DNA from: Monocercomonoides exilis PA203
Taxonomy: Eukaryota > Protista > Preaxostyla
Length of the DNA: 64,000 nt
Assembly (NCBI GenBank): GCA_001643675.2
Contig: LSRY02000060.1
Location: 310,001-374,000 of the forward strand
Direction: 5' to 3'
The notes below the pieces were generated by a model. It was not told the DNA's origin and did no database searches. It worked only from the letters and a program-made list of their open reading frames with translations. The position numbers were made by a program, and so were the translations under genes. This document shows positions 50,983 through 64,000 of this stretch, in pieces (position 1 is the stretch's first letter; each line of letters starts with the position of its first letter).

Positions 50983-53900
50983 TAACCCTGGGTGACTAAC
51001 TGACTTTTATTTGTTAATTTGTGATATTTGACTGACTCAAAAGAAAAAAATCACACCATTTCATAATGTGATTTTTTGTATTGAATAAATGCATATTAAA
51101 ATAATAACATTTTTCCGTTTCTATTTATTTCATTTTAATAAACTAATTTTGAAAAAAGTTTATAAACATAGATTTTTGACTTACAACTATGGGGAACTGA
51201 CGGCACTGCCGGAGATGGATAATTTCGATCAAAAAAATGTCAATGATGTTAGTGACCGGTGGCGCCTTGGAAGAAAGCACTATAGGTGAAGAATTCATTT
51301 CACTTGAAGAAGGATTGAAAAATATCTTTTCAAATATTTTCATCGTTTGATATTCTTTTTCGAATCACTTTGAAAGTTAAATTTTTTCTGAAGGCAAATG
51401 CTTTCGAAAAAAAGATGGAAGAGTCGAAAAAAGCTCATTGTCAATTAGTAAAACTCGTTAAATGTGGAAACTCAAAATCCGGTCCAGGTTTTGTTTTGTG
51501 TTTGACCAATTTTTAATCATTTTTTGATTTCATTTATTCTGAGTGTTTAAGAATTCAAAAAAAATGACGAATATTTATCAAAAATATCCTTTGAAATTGT
51601 GAATAATAATTTATGGATTTCTCACTTTAAAGTTGACGAACATGGAGATGCAAAGAATGATTGTTACAGGTATTACATGTGCCCAAATTCAAAAGACGGT
51701 TTTCCTTTGTGGTGTATCAGGAAGAAAATCATATCCAAATATCATCAAATATTATTGTCAGTTATTTAAACATCAGCTAATATCAACATTATTAAAGCAG
51801 CGACAACAACTTGTAATTCACAGCGAAATGGAATAATCAAGTTGTGAAAAAGCAACAATTACAAGTTAACTTGAAGATCAATCTGTCAAAATGATTAGCA
51901 AATGCAACGTTTCATTTTCATCAGCATCGTCAGATGAAATGAATACATTTTTATCTTCATTAATGCGAATCAGTCAAGAAAATTCATCTTTATCACAAAC
52001 TTCGATTTTCCCATTTCTTTCAAGAAAAAATGTTTTACAGATGGTTTTGAAAAGCAAAACACCAACAAAGCTTGAAAGAATCAAATCAATAACGAATAAA
52101 AGCGTTTGCGTTTTACTGGACAGTGGATCAGCTGGAAATGTTTCTTCCACTGTTGTTTCTGTTGCTTCTCTAACATCACAGTCATCTCCATTTTTCTGGG
52201 GCCTTTATCCTTGTTGTTATTCAACTGATAAATACTCTTTTATTCAAAAATTTCATCTCAGAATTCCAGTCGTTTGATGTGACAAAAAGAAGTTTTTGTG
52301 CAGACGTGTTTTCTGCACAAAAAAGGCAATAGAAAAATTATCAAACGCTCATTCTGAAGAAAGCACATTTGTCGAACATCATTTTGTTATTAAACCTGTA
52401 CACATCCATTGTTGCAGCCATTTAACTAATCTTGTCATTTGTTTCTGTTTCAGCAAAGTGCCTTTTCTTCTAAAAATCAAAAAGAAAATTTTGCAATTTG
52501 CTCAATTAGCCCATAGTAAATCCGTCAGACTTTTATTGAAAAAAACAGCTCCTTCGTTCATTGTTATAATGTAGTGCAGTTTGTTCAATTTATGTTCCTT
52601 CATTCGAGAAAAGCACCAAATTATTGAGAAAGAAAAACGGATTTCAAAAGAAGACTAAATTGACATCATAAAAGCTGAACTTTTTCTTATTTCTTTGGTT
52701 TTGTTTCATATTCATTTGGAAAGCAATAAAACAAAACTTTGTCACGTTTTCCCGTTTAAACAATGAATTATAGGAATTTACATTGGAATGACAAGGCATC
52801 CATTATTTCCTGAAAAGAAATGGAATAATGCAATTTCTAATTTTCTTATCCATATACATAATTATTTTAATAGGCTCTCGAGGTGAATTCATTTCTTCAT
52901 CGTTTTCTGTGACTCCAATTGGAATGGAATTATGCAGAACATAACAGTTTTCGAATGAATTCATCAACTATTCAAGATTTTTCGATAGATTTTCTTCAGC
53001 TATTCAATCAACAAATAAAGCACCAAAAGATAATAAGATCGTTCACGAACGTCAATTTGAAACTCATTCTTTGGACATTTCTGCTGATTCATTGTAGCGG
53101 TCTCATTATTCAACATTTTTTGCTGTATCTGAACCTTTCGAATTTCCAAAGGATAAATCAATTTTGTGCAGTGAAGCGCAAATTCATGTCATTCAAAATT
53201 TCTGCGAAGACAAATATTCAAAAAAAATGGGGTTCACGAATGTCTTGAATTTATTCTCAAAACGAATAACAAAAGATTTAAACAAAAACGAACGATTATT
53301 TTCTGATGAATTCGAACATTTAATAAATGATTTTTATAATTCCACAGAAATTAAGGATTCTTCTGAATGGATTCATGAAGCCCAAATGTTAGAGACAGAA
53401 TTAGAGAATGAATCGGAAGACGAGTTCGGTTTGCAAGAGGGTGAAGACGAAGCAGTGAACGATTTGTTTGAATTATTTCCCCACAGCAATCATCAACTTT
53501 CGGAAGTTCCACAATTAATATTTTTTTACTTTTCTTTTTATTCATCGTATTCATCTTCGTCTCCATATCACTCTTCTTCTTCGGATTATTTCACAATGAT
53601 TGATGATGCAATTTCAACTGAAACTCGAACAAAAAAAGAACGAAAACAGAACTCAATGGACATGGATGAAGACACAGAATGGCATGCATACATGAATGAA
53701 GATGATCATGATGACTTTTCTGACAGATGCAATTTTGATAATGATAAAAATGATGTGGAAATTCTTTTTTCGACAAAAAAGAAAACAAAAATTGTGAAAT
53801 ATTCGTATATTAAAGAGAGAGAGTCAAATCAGATGATTGAAAGCATGATATTGACGTATTTTCTTTCTCGATTGTCATCAAAATTTTTTTTATACTGCCA

Positions 53901-54296
53901 TGAGACCGTTGGAAATTTTGACAAAAAAATAGAAGAATGTCGCAAAATGTTATTTCAACGAATCATGAAAAGAAGCTCATCAAAAGTTGTTGAGGAAAAT
54001 GCAGAATTATTTTTCAACGCTTTTTTTTCAAATGGAGATCTGCAAACCGTCTATTCTGGGCATTGTCTTGCACAAATAACTTCGCCTTTTAGCGAAGCTT
54101 GCTAAGAAAGAGCCATTTAATAAATAAAAAACATTATTGTAGAAAAGAGATGTTTTTTAAGCATGCATACGTTGGAAACACTTCTACAAGTTTGTTTCTT
54201 TTTTGCAATCAACTTTTTCATGTTTTCATATTCGCAAAATTTGTTTGCTGAAAAGAATGATGAATACAATGTATATTACTCTTTCGATTTATTTTT
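50983..54296 (+). mobile_element. hAT element B, left part; interrupted by DIRS B, right end uncertain
   Basis: TAACCCTGGGTGAC at 50983-50996, a TGAC subterminal cluster, then a decayed transposase. Confidence 0.75.
51633..54200 (+). pseudogene. hAT transposase, decayed, near full length
   Basis: 'CGVSGRKSY', 'VLLDSGS', 'HIHCCSHLTNLVI' (CxxH) and 'PFSEAC*ERAI'; homologous to 57-1684. Confidence 0.8.
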
Positions 54297-54409
54297 AATT
54301 AAAAAGCATTAGCTTCTTAATTCTCGAGAACTAATGAAAATACAACTCCTCTTTCTATTTGGGGATAGAGCTCCGTTTTATGGGCTCAGCCGATCAATAA
54401 TTATAAACA

Positions 54410-55462
54410 ATGAGCGTACTTCAGCCTGGACTCGAGTCGAGTCTGAATTCCTTATCTCAGGATATCAGCGGACCTCCGAGCAGCGTGGGATTTACGCAAT
54501 CCACCTCCAGCATATTTTCCTCATCAGCCGCGACTATTCCAACACAAAATATTGCAATGAGCCTTGAAAACACATCAAGCCGAGAAGATCACAACGTTAC
54601 AAACTTGCTCCATCCACCTTTCCAACAATCTTCAAGCTCTTCTCAGCTCCAAATATTTCCAAGTCCAACAACACTTGAGCAAAACCCAATCCATTCTCCG
54701 CAAACGACGCAGCAGCAGAATATTCTTCAAACGATAGACACTTCGCAAGAAAACCTGATGGAGAAAGACAATTATCAATCGAACTTCAAATACATTTGTT
54801 TCTCGCTTTTCGGAGATAAAACAAAGGATTCAATATTCGAAATGCATTTTCCTGAACAAGCAGGCTCAAATTCCACAATTTACTCGAATTTATCAGCACA
54901 TCCGTTCATTCCAGAGGCTATCCACCCAATTCAAAGAACATCAAATTGGTGCTACGACGCTCTAGAACAAAATGGATTCAAAATCGAAGAAAAATTGATA
55001 TTGGCAATAAAAGCGCTTATAATTGGAAAAGATGTGGTAGATAAGGGATTGGACCCAAGTGCAGTTTTGGCTGATTCTTTCTTAATGATGGTTAAAACAC
55101 TCCAGGAAGCGAGAACACAAAGGATCCAAGCAGTTTATGGGTTCAGAGCCGCAAGGACATTAAAAGAAGAAGATGGAGACCAATTGCTTTCCAAGAGGCA
55201 ACTTGAAACGTTGAAGATCGCTGAGCCGAAACAAAAATTGCTTCCTCGATCGCAGGGATGGATCAGACCGTACACAAATACATTCTCACTTAAAAACCAG
55301 TTTTTTCGGACAAGAAGGATCCCATTTACAAGAAGAAAATTCAGTTCAGTCAGCAGCAGAAGCTCCCAGAGAACCAGCAGAACTTGTAGCTCCAACCAAT
55401 GGGATCCTCGAAGAAAGTTGGAGGAAGAACAAGACTCTTTCTCAAGAACTGGTCCGAAATAG
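54410..55462 (+). CDS. DIRS ORF1 (gag-like)
   Basis: Intact 350-aa ORF immediately after the lITR, with a basic C-terminus overlapping pol. Confidence 0.75.
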   Translation: MSVLQPGLESSLNSLSQDISGPPSSVGFTQSTSSIFSSSAATIPTQNIAMSLENTSSREDHNVTNLLHPPFQQSSSSSQLQIFPSPTTLEQNPIHSPQTTQQQNILQTIDTSQENLMEKDNYQSNFKYICFSLFGDKTKDSIFEMHFPEQAGSNSTIYSNLSAHPFIPEAIHPIQRTSNWCYDALEQNGFKIEEKLILAIKALIIGKDVVDKGLDPSAVLADSFLMMVKTLQEARTQRIQAVYGFRAARTLKEEDGDQLLSKRQLETLKIAEPKQKLLPRSQGWIRPYTNTFSLKNQFFRTRRIPFTRRKFSSVSSRSSQRTSRTCSSNQWDPRRKLEEEQDSFSRTGPK

Positions 55463-57309
55463 GGACCAGGAGAATTATAGAGAAGGGAGCTTGTCCTGTT
55501 TGGAGAAGTGGAGAGGCACGAGACAAGCTGAAAAAGGAAGTCAAAGCAGGAAATGGTTTTATTGGATCCCAGGAGCAGGAGAGGGAGTGCGAGAAGTGGA
55601 TAACGGAAGCACTGGATTGTGGAATATTGAAGAGGATCAAGTTCAAAGATGCAAAATACCTGAGCAAACTGTTTTTCGTAAAGAAGAAGAACGGGAAATG
55701 GTGACAAATATTGGACTGCAGACCTCTGAACAAAACCCTGAATTAAATCAAGTTCAAGCTGGAGGATCACAGAACTGTGGAAAAGTTGATGGAAAAGGGA
55801 GATTTTGCAACCTCATTGGATCTCTCTAAAGCATATTTCTTAATCCCTGTTCGCGAAGATTTCATCCCGTTTTTGGCTTTCAAATTTCATCAAGAAACAA
55901 TAGCGTTTCAATGCCTTCCATTTGGAATGAAGGATGCCCCAAGAATCTTTACGAAGATCATGCGTTCAATTATAAAGCTGGTGAGAATGAAATGGAAAGT
56001 TCGTTGCATCTCTTATCTGGACGATGTCCTCTTTCTTCACAAGGACAAACAGAAGCTGGAGCAAATAACAAAGGAGGTTATGGATTGGTTCTTCAAACTT
56101 GGTCTGATGGTCAACAAGGAGAAAAGCGAACTTCAGGCAAAACAAAGATTCAACTTTCTGGGATGGAAATGGGATTCGATTCAGTCGACAGTGGCTCTGA
56201 ACGAAGAGAGAATTGCCTCCATTGTTCAGAAGTGTCACATGGTACTGATAAACACAATGAAGAGGCGTCCAATCTCAGTCAAAAAATTTGCTTCAATTGT
56301 GGGACAAATAAGCGCTGCCAGATTTGTCCACACAGACGCATCATTACACATGACGAACCTTTATCAATGCCTAATGAAGAATGTTAACATCAATGGATGG
56401 AACGGACTATGTCGACTTCATTATGGAATCATTCCAGAATTGACATTCTGGATAAGCGAAGTCAGGAAGAGAAAACAAAGAACGCTTCAATCCTTTGGCT
56501 CCCCTCAGGTGACGATCACAACAGATGCCTCGCCATGGGCATGCGGAGGAAGTGTAAAGATATCAGGACAACTCAAGAAGATTTTTCACGTCCCTTTGAA
56601 CAGAGTTGCTCAAAACCAAACGTCAAACTTCAGGGAATTACTTGCAGTCAAAATTGCGCTAGCAAGGTTTTCTCAGGATATCGCAAAACTGTCGGAAAGG
56701 AAGGTGTTGATACGCTCGGACAACACATCGGTAGTTTACAACATAAACAGATGGGGAGCAGGAAAGAATCTGCGACCTCTATTGAAAGAGATCAGGAAAC
56801 TTGTGGAGAGTCAGGGAATCCAGGTCAAAGCAGTTCATATTGCAGGAAAAAGAAATGTGGAGGCAGATGCCCTGTCAAGACTCGAGCAGTCGTGAGATTA
56901 CGAAATCAAAAATCAGGCTCTTCAGATGGCATTCAACTACTTCAGGATCAAACCGACTCTTGATGCGTTTGCCAGTGCAAAGAACAGAAAGCTTCAACGG
57001 TGGTGCGGGCCAGGCAGCAGATTATGTCAGGACTGTCTGAGCTATCCGTGGAAGGGCGAGGTGGTTCTTGCCCATCCGCCAATTCCATTGATCCTACAGA
57101 CGATGAGGAAAGCGTTGAAGGAGAGAGCGAAGATGATTCTTCTGATACCGGATTGGACGAATCAGATTTGGAGCCAGACCCTACAACTGTGGAAAAGACA
57201 ATTCATGAAATGGAGATGTTCACGAATGATATTACTTCCAGGGCAGGGTTTGAAGGCGAGAGGAGCAGCGCTTCCTCCGGGAGGTAACCTGGCAATAAGC
57301 TTTCCCTAG
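55399..57309 (+). pseudogene. DIRS reverse transcriptase-RNase H-DNA N6-adenine methyltransferase-like ORF, with in-frame stops
   Basis: 'LFFVKKKNGKW*QILDCRPLN', 'DLSKAYF', 'LPFG', 'YLDD', RNaseH 'TDAS...RELLA...SDN...ADALSR', MTase 'LDAFAS...HPPIPLI'. Stops at 55702, 55744 and 56893. Confidence 0.93.
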
Positions 57310-58898
57310 TCAAGAAGGCGGGTGAACAGTGGTTTGAGCAGGGCCTACGAAAACTTAATGTTCCGGACAGCATGATAATACACATTAAAAACAGTGTTGC
57401 CACGTCAACATGTACAACATACACATTTGGATTCGCACATTAAACAAACGCTTGGATCAAGGGGAATATGGGGGAGTTACCGTCAGATCCTGTGATTTGG
57501 GTGAGGAAGTGCTTGGACACTTTCATATGCTTAGATAATGAGGGTTTTCCTCCTCAGTGCTTAAAGCAAACAAGGTCCGCAGTGTCGCTATTCACTAGAA
57601 GTGCTTTCTCTTTCGATTTAGAAACAATGCCGATAATAAAGACAATCTTTCGCTCAATCATGAGAAAGGAAAAAAAAAGAGCTCCGTAAGAAGAGATATG
57701 GGATCCACAGGTCCTTTTTAATTATCTCCGAACTCTGTAGCCCAACGAGACTTTGAGCGTATACTCTCTGACATTGAAATCTATTACTCTGTGTATGTTA
57801 TTCACTGCGTGCAGGTTTTCAGAACTGGCGAGCATTTCAATGAACGATTCGATAATCTCTGAGAATGCAATTCATCTTTCAGTCCAATTGAAGACAAGAC
57901 TTGCAAGATCGTTCATCACAGTCCCCAAACTGATGGAGATCCTGTCAGATGTTTGTCCAGTGCGTGCTATATTGGAACTTTGGAACCAAATAAAAGTTTT
58001 GCATCCAGGAAGAGACACGTTCATAATAAACACGAGAACCGGATCAAGAATGTCAAAGGATGGAATTCGTAAACTCGCAAAGGAGGCAATGAAGCAGGCA
58101 GGAATCAACCCCTCGTTTTGGCCTTACACTATAAAGCATGCAGCTTTGTCTGCTCTCCTTGCCGCTGGAGTTCCGGAGGTTATGGTAGCACACTTTGCCA
58201 GATTGTCTCCCACAGCTCACACACCAACTAATTCTAACTTCAAAACAAACACTGCTCAAGTGATGGCCCAGGTTCTGACAGAGCACCAACCATTCCCACA
58301 AACGGGGTCTCAAATACAACCTTGGAGTGCACAAATAACTCAAGGATCTTCTTTTGCAAACATCCAAGCTCCAATCCAATCTGCAATAAACGTGTTTCCT
58401 GTTCAACATGATACTGTCCTCTCACCTCAACCACATCCTTCGCAACTGCATCAACAACAACCTCAGACGTTTAATTTTCAGCCCTCCTCTCAGTATTTTC
58501 AAAGCCTGCAACCTTCAAATTCAATTGGATTATCGCTGGCGCAACCACAAACATTCAATTCCCCACAACTATCTTTACAGGCAAATTGTTCCATTCCAAC
58601 ACAACAGCTCCCCTCTCTCACAGAACAGAGTATTGACATGGACATCGAAGAGTCGCAATCATCGCAGACCGTTGGAGAGGAGAAGGATATTAATAAGGAA
58701 AATGAAGAAGTCAAAGAAGTTGAAGATAAACTGCACAATAAGGAAAATATTTGTATAGATCAGGAAGAGGATTCTGAGCGATCATGTTCCCATTCAACTG
58801 TCAAGAAATCAAGAAATATTTGCACACGAACAGAGAGAGTAGTAACAAGAGCCTACGCAATATTAATGGAACAAGAGACACAAAACATGCCCAATTAA
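57300..58898 (+). pseudogene. DIRS tyrosine recombinase, with stops and a Gln/Ser-rich tail
   Basis: 'ACRFSEL', 'CPVRA', 'YTIKHAA'. In-frame stops at ~57440, 57687 and ~57738. The expected catalytic Tyr is not visible ('TNSNF'). Confidence 0.88.
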
Positions 58899-58901
58899 TG
58901 A

Positions 58902-59005
58902 TATCCCAAATAGAAAGAGGAGTTGTATTTTCATTAGTTCTCGAGAATTAAGAAGCTAATGCTTTTTAATTCGTTAGAGAACTAATTAATATACAACCCC
59001 TCTTT
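58902..59005. repeat. ICR of DIRS B
   Basis: First half is the reverse complement of 54297-54367; second half (TTCGTTAGAGAACTAATTAATATACAAC) is the reverse complement of the right end. Confidence 0.92.
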
Positions 59006-62000
59006 TCCCTCCACAAAGCGAAGCTTTTCCCACCCATGGAACTTACAGTTAATAAAACCTTTTCTTGCATTTTGAAGGTCTTCGTGTTTTGTCGTTATAA
59101 AAGAAAGATATAACTCCTCAGTGCAAATTTGCACAGCCTGTTATTGGACGCAAACTTTTTAATTCTTTTTAACTTTTTCATCACATCAGCAAACACCACA
59201 AATTTCACGTCACATTGATCGGCTGAGCCCATAAAACGGAGCTCTATCCCAAATAGAAAGAGGAGTTGTATATTAATTAGTTCTCTAACGAATGAATAAG
59301 AACATAGAACATTCATTCTCTCCTGGCTTTTAAACAATTAAATTGTGAATAGGCAAAAAATCAGAATACCGATTATTATTTAAAAATACACATGAATGTT
59401 TAATTTTTTCACAAAGTATTTTCACATCTTGCTTTTTTGTACTTCGTTCTTTGAAATTTTTATTCATTTCTTCTTTCTTCATTTAGCTAACAGGTCATTG
59501 ATTACAAAAACTTCGTTCGATTGAAAATCTTTTGAAAAAGCAAAAATGAAAATTTATTTTTTTCTATTTCATCATTTTTTCATTGGTTTTTCAAAGGATG
59601 TTGATGTTTTTCAGCTTTGAATAACATTCTTTGAATCTTCGAAACAGTAAAAGAATTGATCCGATCGATTCAATCTCTTCCAATAATTCACTGCATTTCC
59701 GTCAGACTTCCCTTTTCCTTCAACTTCATGCAACTTATCATAAACTGTTTTTTTGATCAGCTTAGGCTTTGAGTTTTCCTTGCAAATGCAGAAAATATAA
59801 GACGATTCGACTGATTTGAGGGATGAGCCTTTCCATTTGTCAAAAAAATTTTCCATTGTTTCTGAAATCTGTACGACAGAAGCATCCTCGGTAGCCTCCT
59901 TCGACACATCTGTTACTAAGATCTATAATAATTGGAAGAGATTAAAGATTGTTCCATTAAGTGCGGCTGCAGTGTCTGTCACGTGCATTCAGCAGTAGCT
60001 GTTGCTATCGCGGGCGCAGAAAACGCTGTGGAGATTTGTTGTGGCGGGGCAGGCGGTGCTGTGTGAGAGTGTTGTATGTGCAAACGATGTGGTGCTTTCA
60101 GCAATGCTATCGGTTCCGCTGGTTGCGCAGCTTCTGTAGCTTACCACATCGAAGGTGATCACGAAGTCGGGGAGCAAGCGGATCTTTGCTGCAGCAGATG
60201 TGAACGAATTTCTGTGGATCTTCGATCAATTTGACCCATCGCCGCAAATATTGCGATCACCACAGTCGAGGCATGGGGAGATGAAGTTGGATAACGAAGT
60301 GATGGGACGAGGAGTTGCGGCATGTGAAGTTGGAGATGTTGTGGGGAAGGAATAGGAAAAAACTGTGTTGAAAATTGAAGATGTGATTCTTTTGTTGGAT
60401 GTGTTAAAGGAGCGCGAAGAGGCAAATGAATGATAAGGGGATGAGATGAAAGGCAGTTCTCCGACAGCACACAAAGAGTTTGTGGAGATATCATAGATAA
60501 CCAGGGGAAGCTGGGAGAAGCGATGGTGCTGCTTGTTGTGGAGGCGGATGAACTAGATTAGCTGGGGTTTGTGAAGATGGAGGTGAAGGTGGGTGCGGAC
60601 AAGTAATATTTTGTGGTGCATGAGGAGTTTTGTTCTTTAAAAGCTAATGACATGCAATAGGAGATTTCAAGAGAAGATAAAATAGGATTTCAAAAGTTAA
60701 CAAATTTGCGACAGAGCAGCCGTTCAACTAACCAGAGCTGTTATTAATGTTTCAGATAGAGTTATCAATATTGATTTTTGGAGCAAAACATAACTTTTGA
60801 GTTAATGCAGAAAATAGGGGTACTAAAATTTTTTCATTGTTTTATAGTTTTTTGTAATAAAAATCTAACTAACATTTATTCATGTGTTGCACATGAGTGA
60901 CACATCAAATTATTAATAATTATGCAGGAAAAATGAAACAAACAATTTTATATTCCAATTTATTTTCTAGTTTTTTTATGTTTTGTTCCATTTATTAATT
61001 TAGATATTAAAAGGAAAAATGAAATAACAATAATCAAATACCAAGAAACAGTACGTAATATCATGATTTTCAATGACGTTTCATTTAAAGACTATTTTTG
61101 TGTCGTGAATAGCAGTGATGCTTCAAAATTATTTTTTTCGTTAATATTTTGGGTTTCTTTTTTCCATGATTTATTCATTGATACAGTCTAAATTTTCTTC
61201 AAACATTAAAAATTGTTATTATTAATCTTATAAATAGCATATGGTTTGATTATTATGAAGAATGAATGATTAGCTTTAAGATTTTTAGGTACCACCATCT
61301 TCTGTTCAAACCTCCTTTTGACTGGGAAAGAAAGTTGTAAAATTCAGATTATAAAAAAGCACATCTTATCGCGTCGGTTGATGGATTCATTGAATGATAT
61401 CAGTCTTCAGAAAAATATAAACTGGTAAGTTTCAATTTTCACGTTTTATTGAATGTGAATCAATGAGGCAAGCAGGAAAAGTCCCTGAATGTGAGGCGTT
61501 AATTGTAAAGAAATGATTGTCTCAGATGAGCACGATTCTGAAGATATTAAAGAATAAAAAGAAACAATAGATAATAAAAGTGAATAGAGGTTAAAATATG
61601 ATTTTTGAGCAATTGTGAAACAGATCAATGGAATTGAAAATGAAATCAAATGAAGAGAAAACTGAAACCAATACTCGACTGAGATGAATTTAGTTGTTTC
61701 AAAACACAGTTTTATTGAAAGGAAGTTTGGCATTTGCAAGAGAAGACATCATTTAATTTGACATTGTTGAATATATACAAATATTTCAAATTATAAAAAA
61801 TTTTTTTAATAATTCAAAAATATAAATATAATTGTTCAAATTGAGTTTTTCATAGTGAATACATAATTTTGACATTTATCTTTAATTACCAGTTTTGTCT
61901 CATTTTCGAATTTTTTCTCAATTATATATTTAATATAACAAATATAAGAATGTTATTATATTATTCCAAAAGAAATCCTTTCAATCCATTAAAGACTTTT

Positions 62001-63720
62001 ATTTCCAAATTGAATATGTTGCATTGAAAATTCTTGATTTGGTAAAAATGAAAATAATCAATTACAAAAGAATATATATATATATTTATATTATTTCTTT
62101 TGTTGTTTTTTCAATCTATCATTCAAGTTATTCAATAATCTTTCTTTCTTCTTTTCTCAGTTGTTTCCTTTGATCGTTTCTTGAATTCCACTTTCAACAA
62201 AAATTTCATATCCAAATATTATCTTCTTTTTATTCAATAAAAAATCTTATCAATTCTTTCAATCCTATTTTCATTCCTATTCTCCTCTCTAAACACGCTC
62301 TTTATTCTCTTTCTCTTTTTCATTTATTCTTTTTTCAATCTTCTGATTCTTTTTTTATTAATGCAAATTTCCTTCGGTTGTATAATTTCTCTGTTTCCTT
62401 CTTTATTTATCTCTTGATCTCTGATGCCAACGCAGAATGTGAAGAAATTCAATCAGATGAAGTGAATGAAGAAGAAGAAGAAGAAATAGTGTGAAATGTC
62501 AATGATGTATTAAATGAAGATGTTGAGTATGGTGTGTGAATTAAATGAAAAGATTGGCTGTTGAAAATTGTTAGAATGAGATCCAATGAATGCCAACGGA
62601 GAAATTCATTGATATGGGTGATTATTTTAAAAATCATAACTTTTTTCGGGGTGTTATTTTTTCAAATGTTGTTTGAAATAGGGAAGACCTTTTGTGATCA
62701 AATGCAATAATTGTTACAATCGTTTCACAAACATATGTGTTATCTGAAATAAAGATGAATATGTCTTGAATATGCCTGTGCACTTTTCAGTATTCATTGA
62801 TTAATGTCATAGTGAATTTTTCGAACCGAAAATTTTGAATGAAAAAATATGATTTCAAAAATAACTACACAAATTCTCATTTTTAGGCAATAATCTTTTG
62901 CTTCTATATTCTGCTGGGTTGAAACTTCCAAATCCTTCACACAATTCACTTGAACAAATTCTTCATACCATCTCTAAATGAGAAACACATATGATCCCTT
63001 TTATGTTCTATCTCTTCAGCTTTCAATATGCTTTTCTCACAGAAATGTTTCTTTCTTCAAAAATAATCCACGCCAAAGCCAAATGAGTTCATCTACAAAA
63101 TATCTTGAATTTCTTCGATTTGTCATTTTCTTTGAGCATTTTTCTTCCGAAATTTTTATTAATCTCCTGCACCCTCAGTGACTGAATGAATCATAGAAAT
63201 AATAAATTCTTCAAAAAAACTTCGAACCTCAAACAAATTTATTTTGAGAATTATATCAATGCTTTGTTTCAAAAGGAACGGATTACTCAACAAAAATTCA
63301 TAATCACTTCCTTTTTCAAGTGTTTTTATATTGATTCTTCAATTTCACATCCAAATCTCTTTTTTTTGCTAAGTCTCTATTTGAATTCGCTTTTCTCATT
63401 CGAAGTTTATTCTGGATAAAAAAAATATTCCACTCAGAACTTGTTTTCTTCAATTTCCGCATGCTGCTTAGAAAGAAAAACATACACATTTATTATGTTA
63501 GACAACAATATACAAACCGAACAACTATCATTCAATGTGAACGTGAAACTGAAATTAAATCATTTTTAAAATTTGTGTTATTATTATGGTTCATGATCTT
63601 TTCTTAAATAGATAAATGATGAAAGTAAAAAAATCATTATTGAGGACAGCTGAATAAATTTATTGAAATGAACATTATGTCGAATTGTCTTCAAAATAAA
63701 GAGTAAAATGATTATTTAAC

Positions 63721-63785
63721 ACTGACGAGAAAAAAATCTGCTGACTGACGTTGCCATCAATTTTTCAATCCGTCACCCAAGCTAA
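63721..63785 (-). mobile_element. hAT-family terminus (variant TIR) with TGAC subterminal motifs
   Basis: GTCACCCAAGCTAA at 63772-63785 resembles GTCACCCAGGCTTA at 15028-15041; several TGAC/TGACG motifs lie just inside. Confidence 0.55.
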
Positions 63786-64000
63786 TTAAAAAACAAAACA
63801 TCTCAAATATAACAATAAAATCTTTTATTTATCTAAAATCAGTGAAATGGAAAAAATAACAAAAAAATGAAGTGTTTTGAATCAAAAAATAACCAAAACC
63901 ATAAAAAAGTTCAGTTTATTAACAATGATATAACTCAAAACACTCATTACAAAAAGCTCGTTTAAATATGAGCAAGTCTTTGATCTGAAAAATCAAACGA

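Larger units (their letters stand above)
54297..59293 (+). mobile_element. DIRS-1-type retrotransposon B (~5.0 kb), structurally complete
   Basis: lITR 54297-54398; rITR 59214-59293; ICR 58902-~59005; AAT core at both ends and at the ICR junction; gag, pol and YR ORFs. Confidence 0.95.

Noticed and set aside
33872-58898. Alternative genetic code (TAA/TAG=Gln, as in the oxymonad Streblomastix) to explain in-frame stops
   Set aside because: Interruptions include TGA as well as TAA/TAG, and some replace non-Gln conserved residues. Long ORFs (784, 610 aa) use CAA/CAG for Gln and end in TAA.

Overview
AT-rich eukaryotic DNA with short GT(TTG)...AG introns and the standard genetic code. The expanded 'KVALKKEENEExQKEVExAL' gene family and Cys/Ser-rich beta-helix genes suggest an oxymonad such as Monocercomonoides; this is recalled resemblance, not a search result. 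Most of the window is transposon sequence: (i) two DIRS-1-type tyrosine-recombinase retrotransposons with complete lITR/ICR/rITR architecture (7526-15191, heavily decayed; 54297-59293, recognisable gag-RT-RNaseH-MTase-YR); (ii) a hAT family with TAACCCTGGGTGAC ends, including a 3.16-kb non-autonomous element with a perfect 8-bp TSD that carries an intron-containing host gene and sits inside the first DIRS; and (iii) the most novel item, an ~8.5-kb DNA transposon (29920-38396). It has ~460-bp TIRs flanked by TTAA and encodes a Sola-like DDD transposase with a USP (peptidase C19) deubiquitinase domain inserted in its N-terminal region. It also carries a divergently transcribed, intact paralog (shared N-terminal domain + USP, no transposase core), an internal relic TIR, and a GC-rich structured RNA-like segment just after the transposase stop. 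An intact intronless 784-aa P-loop GTPase/coiled-coil gene and several decayed low-complexity host genes fill the rest.
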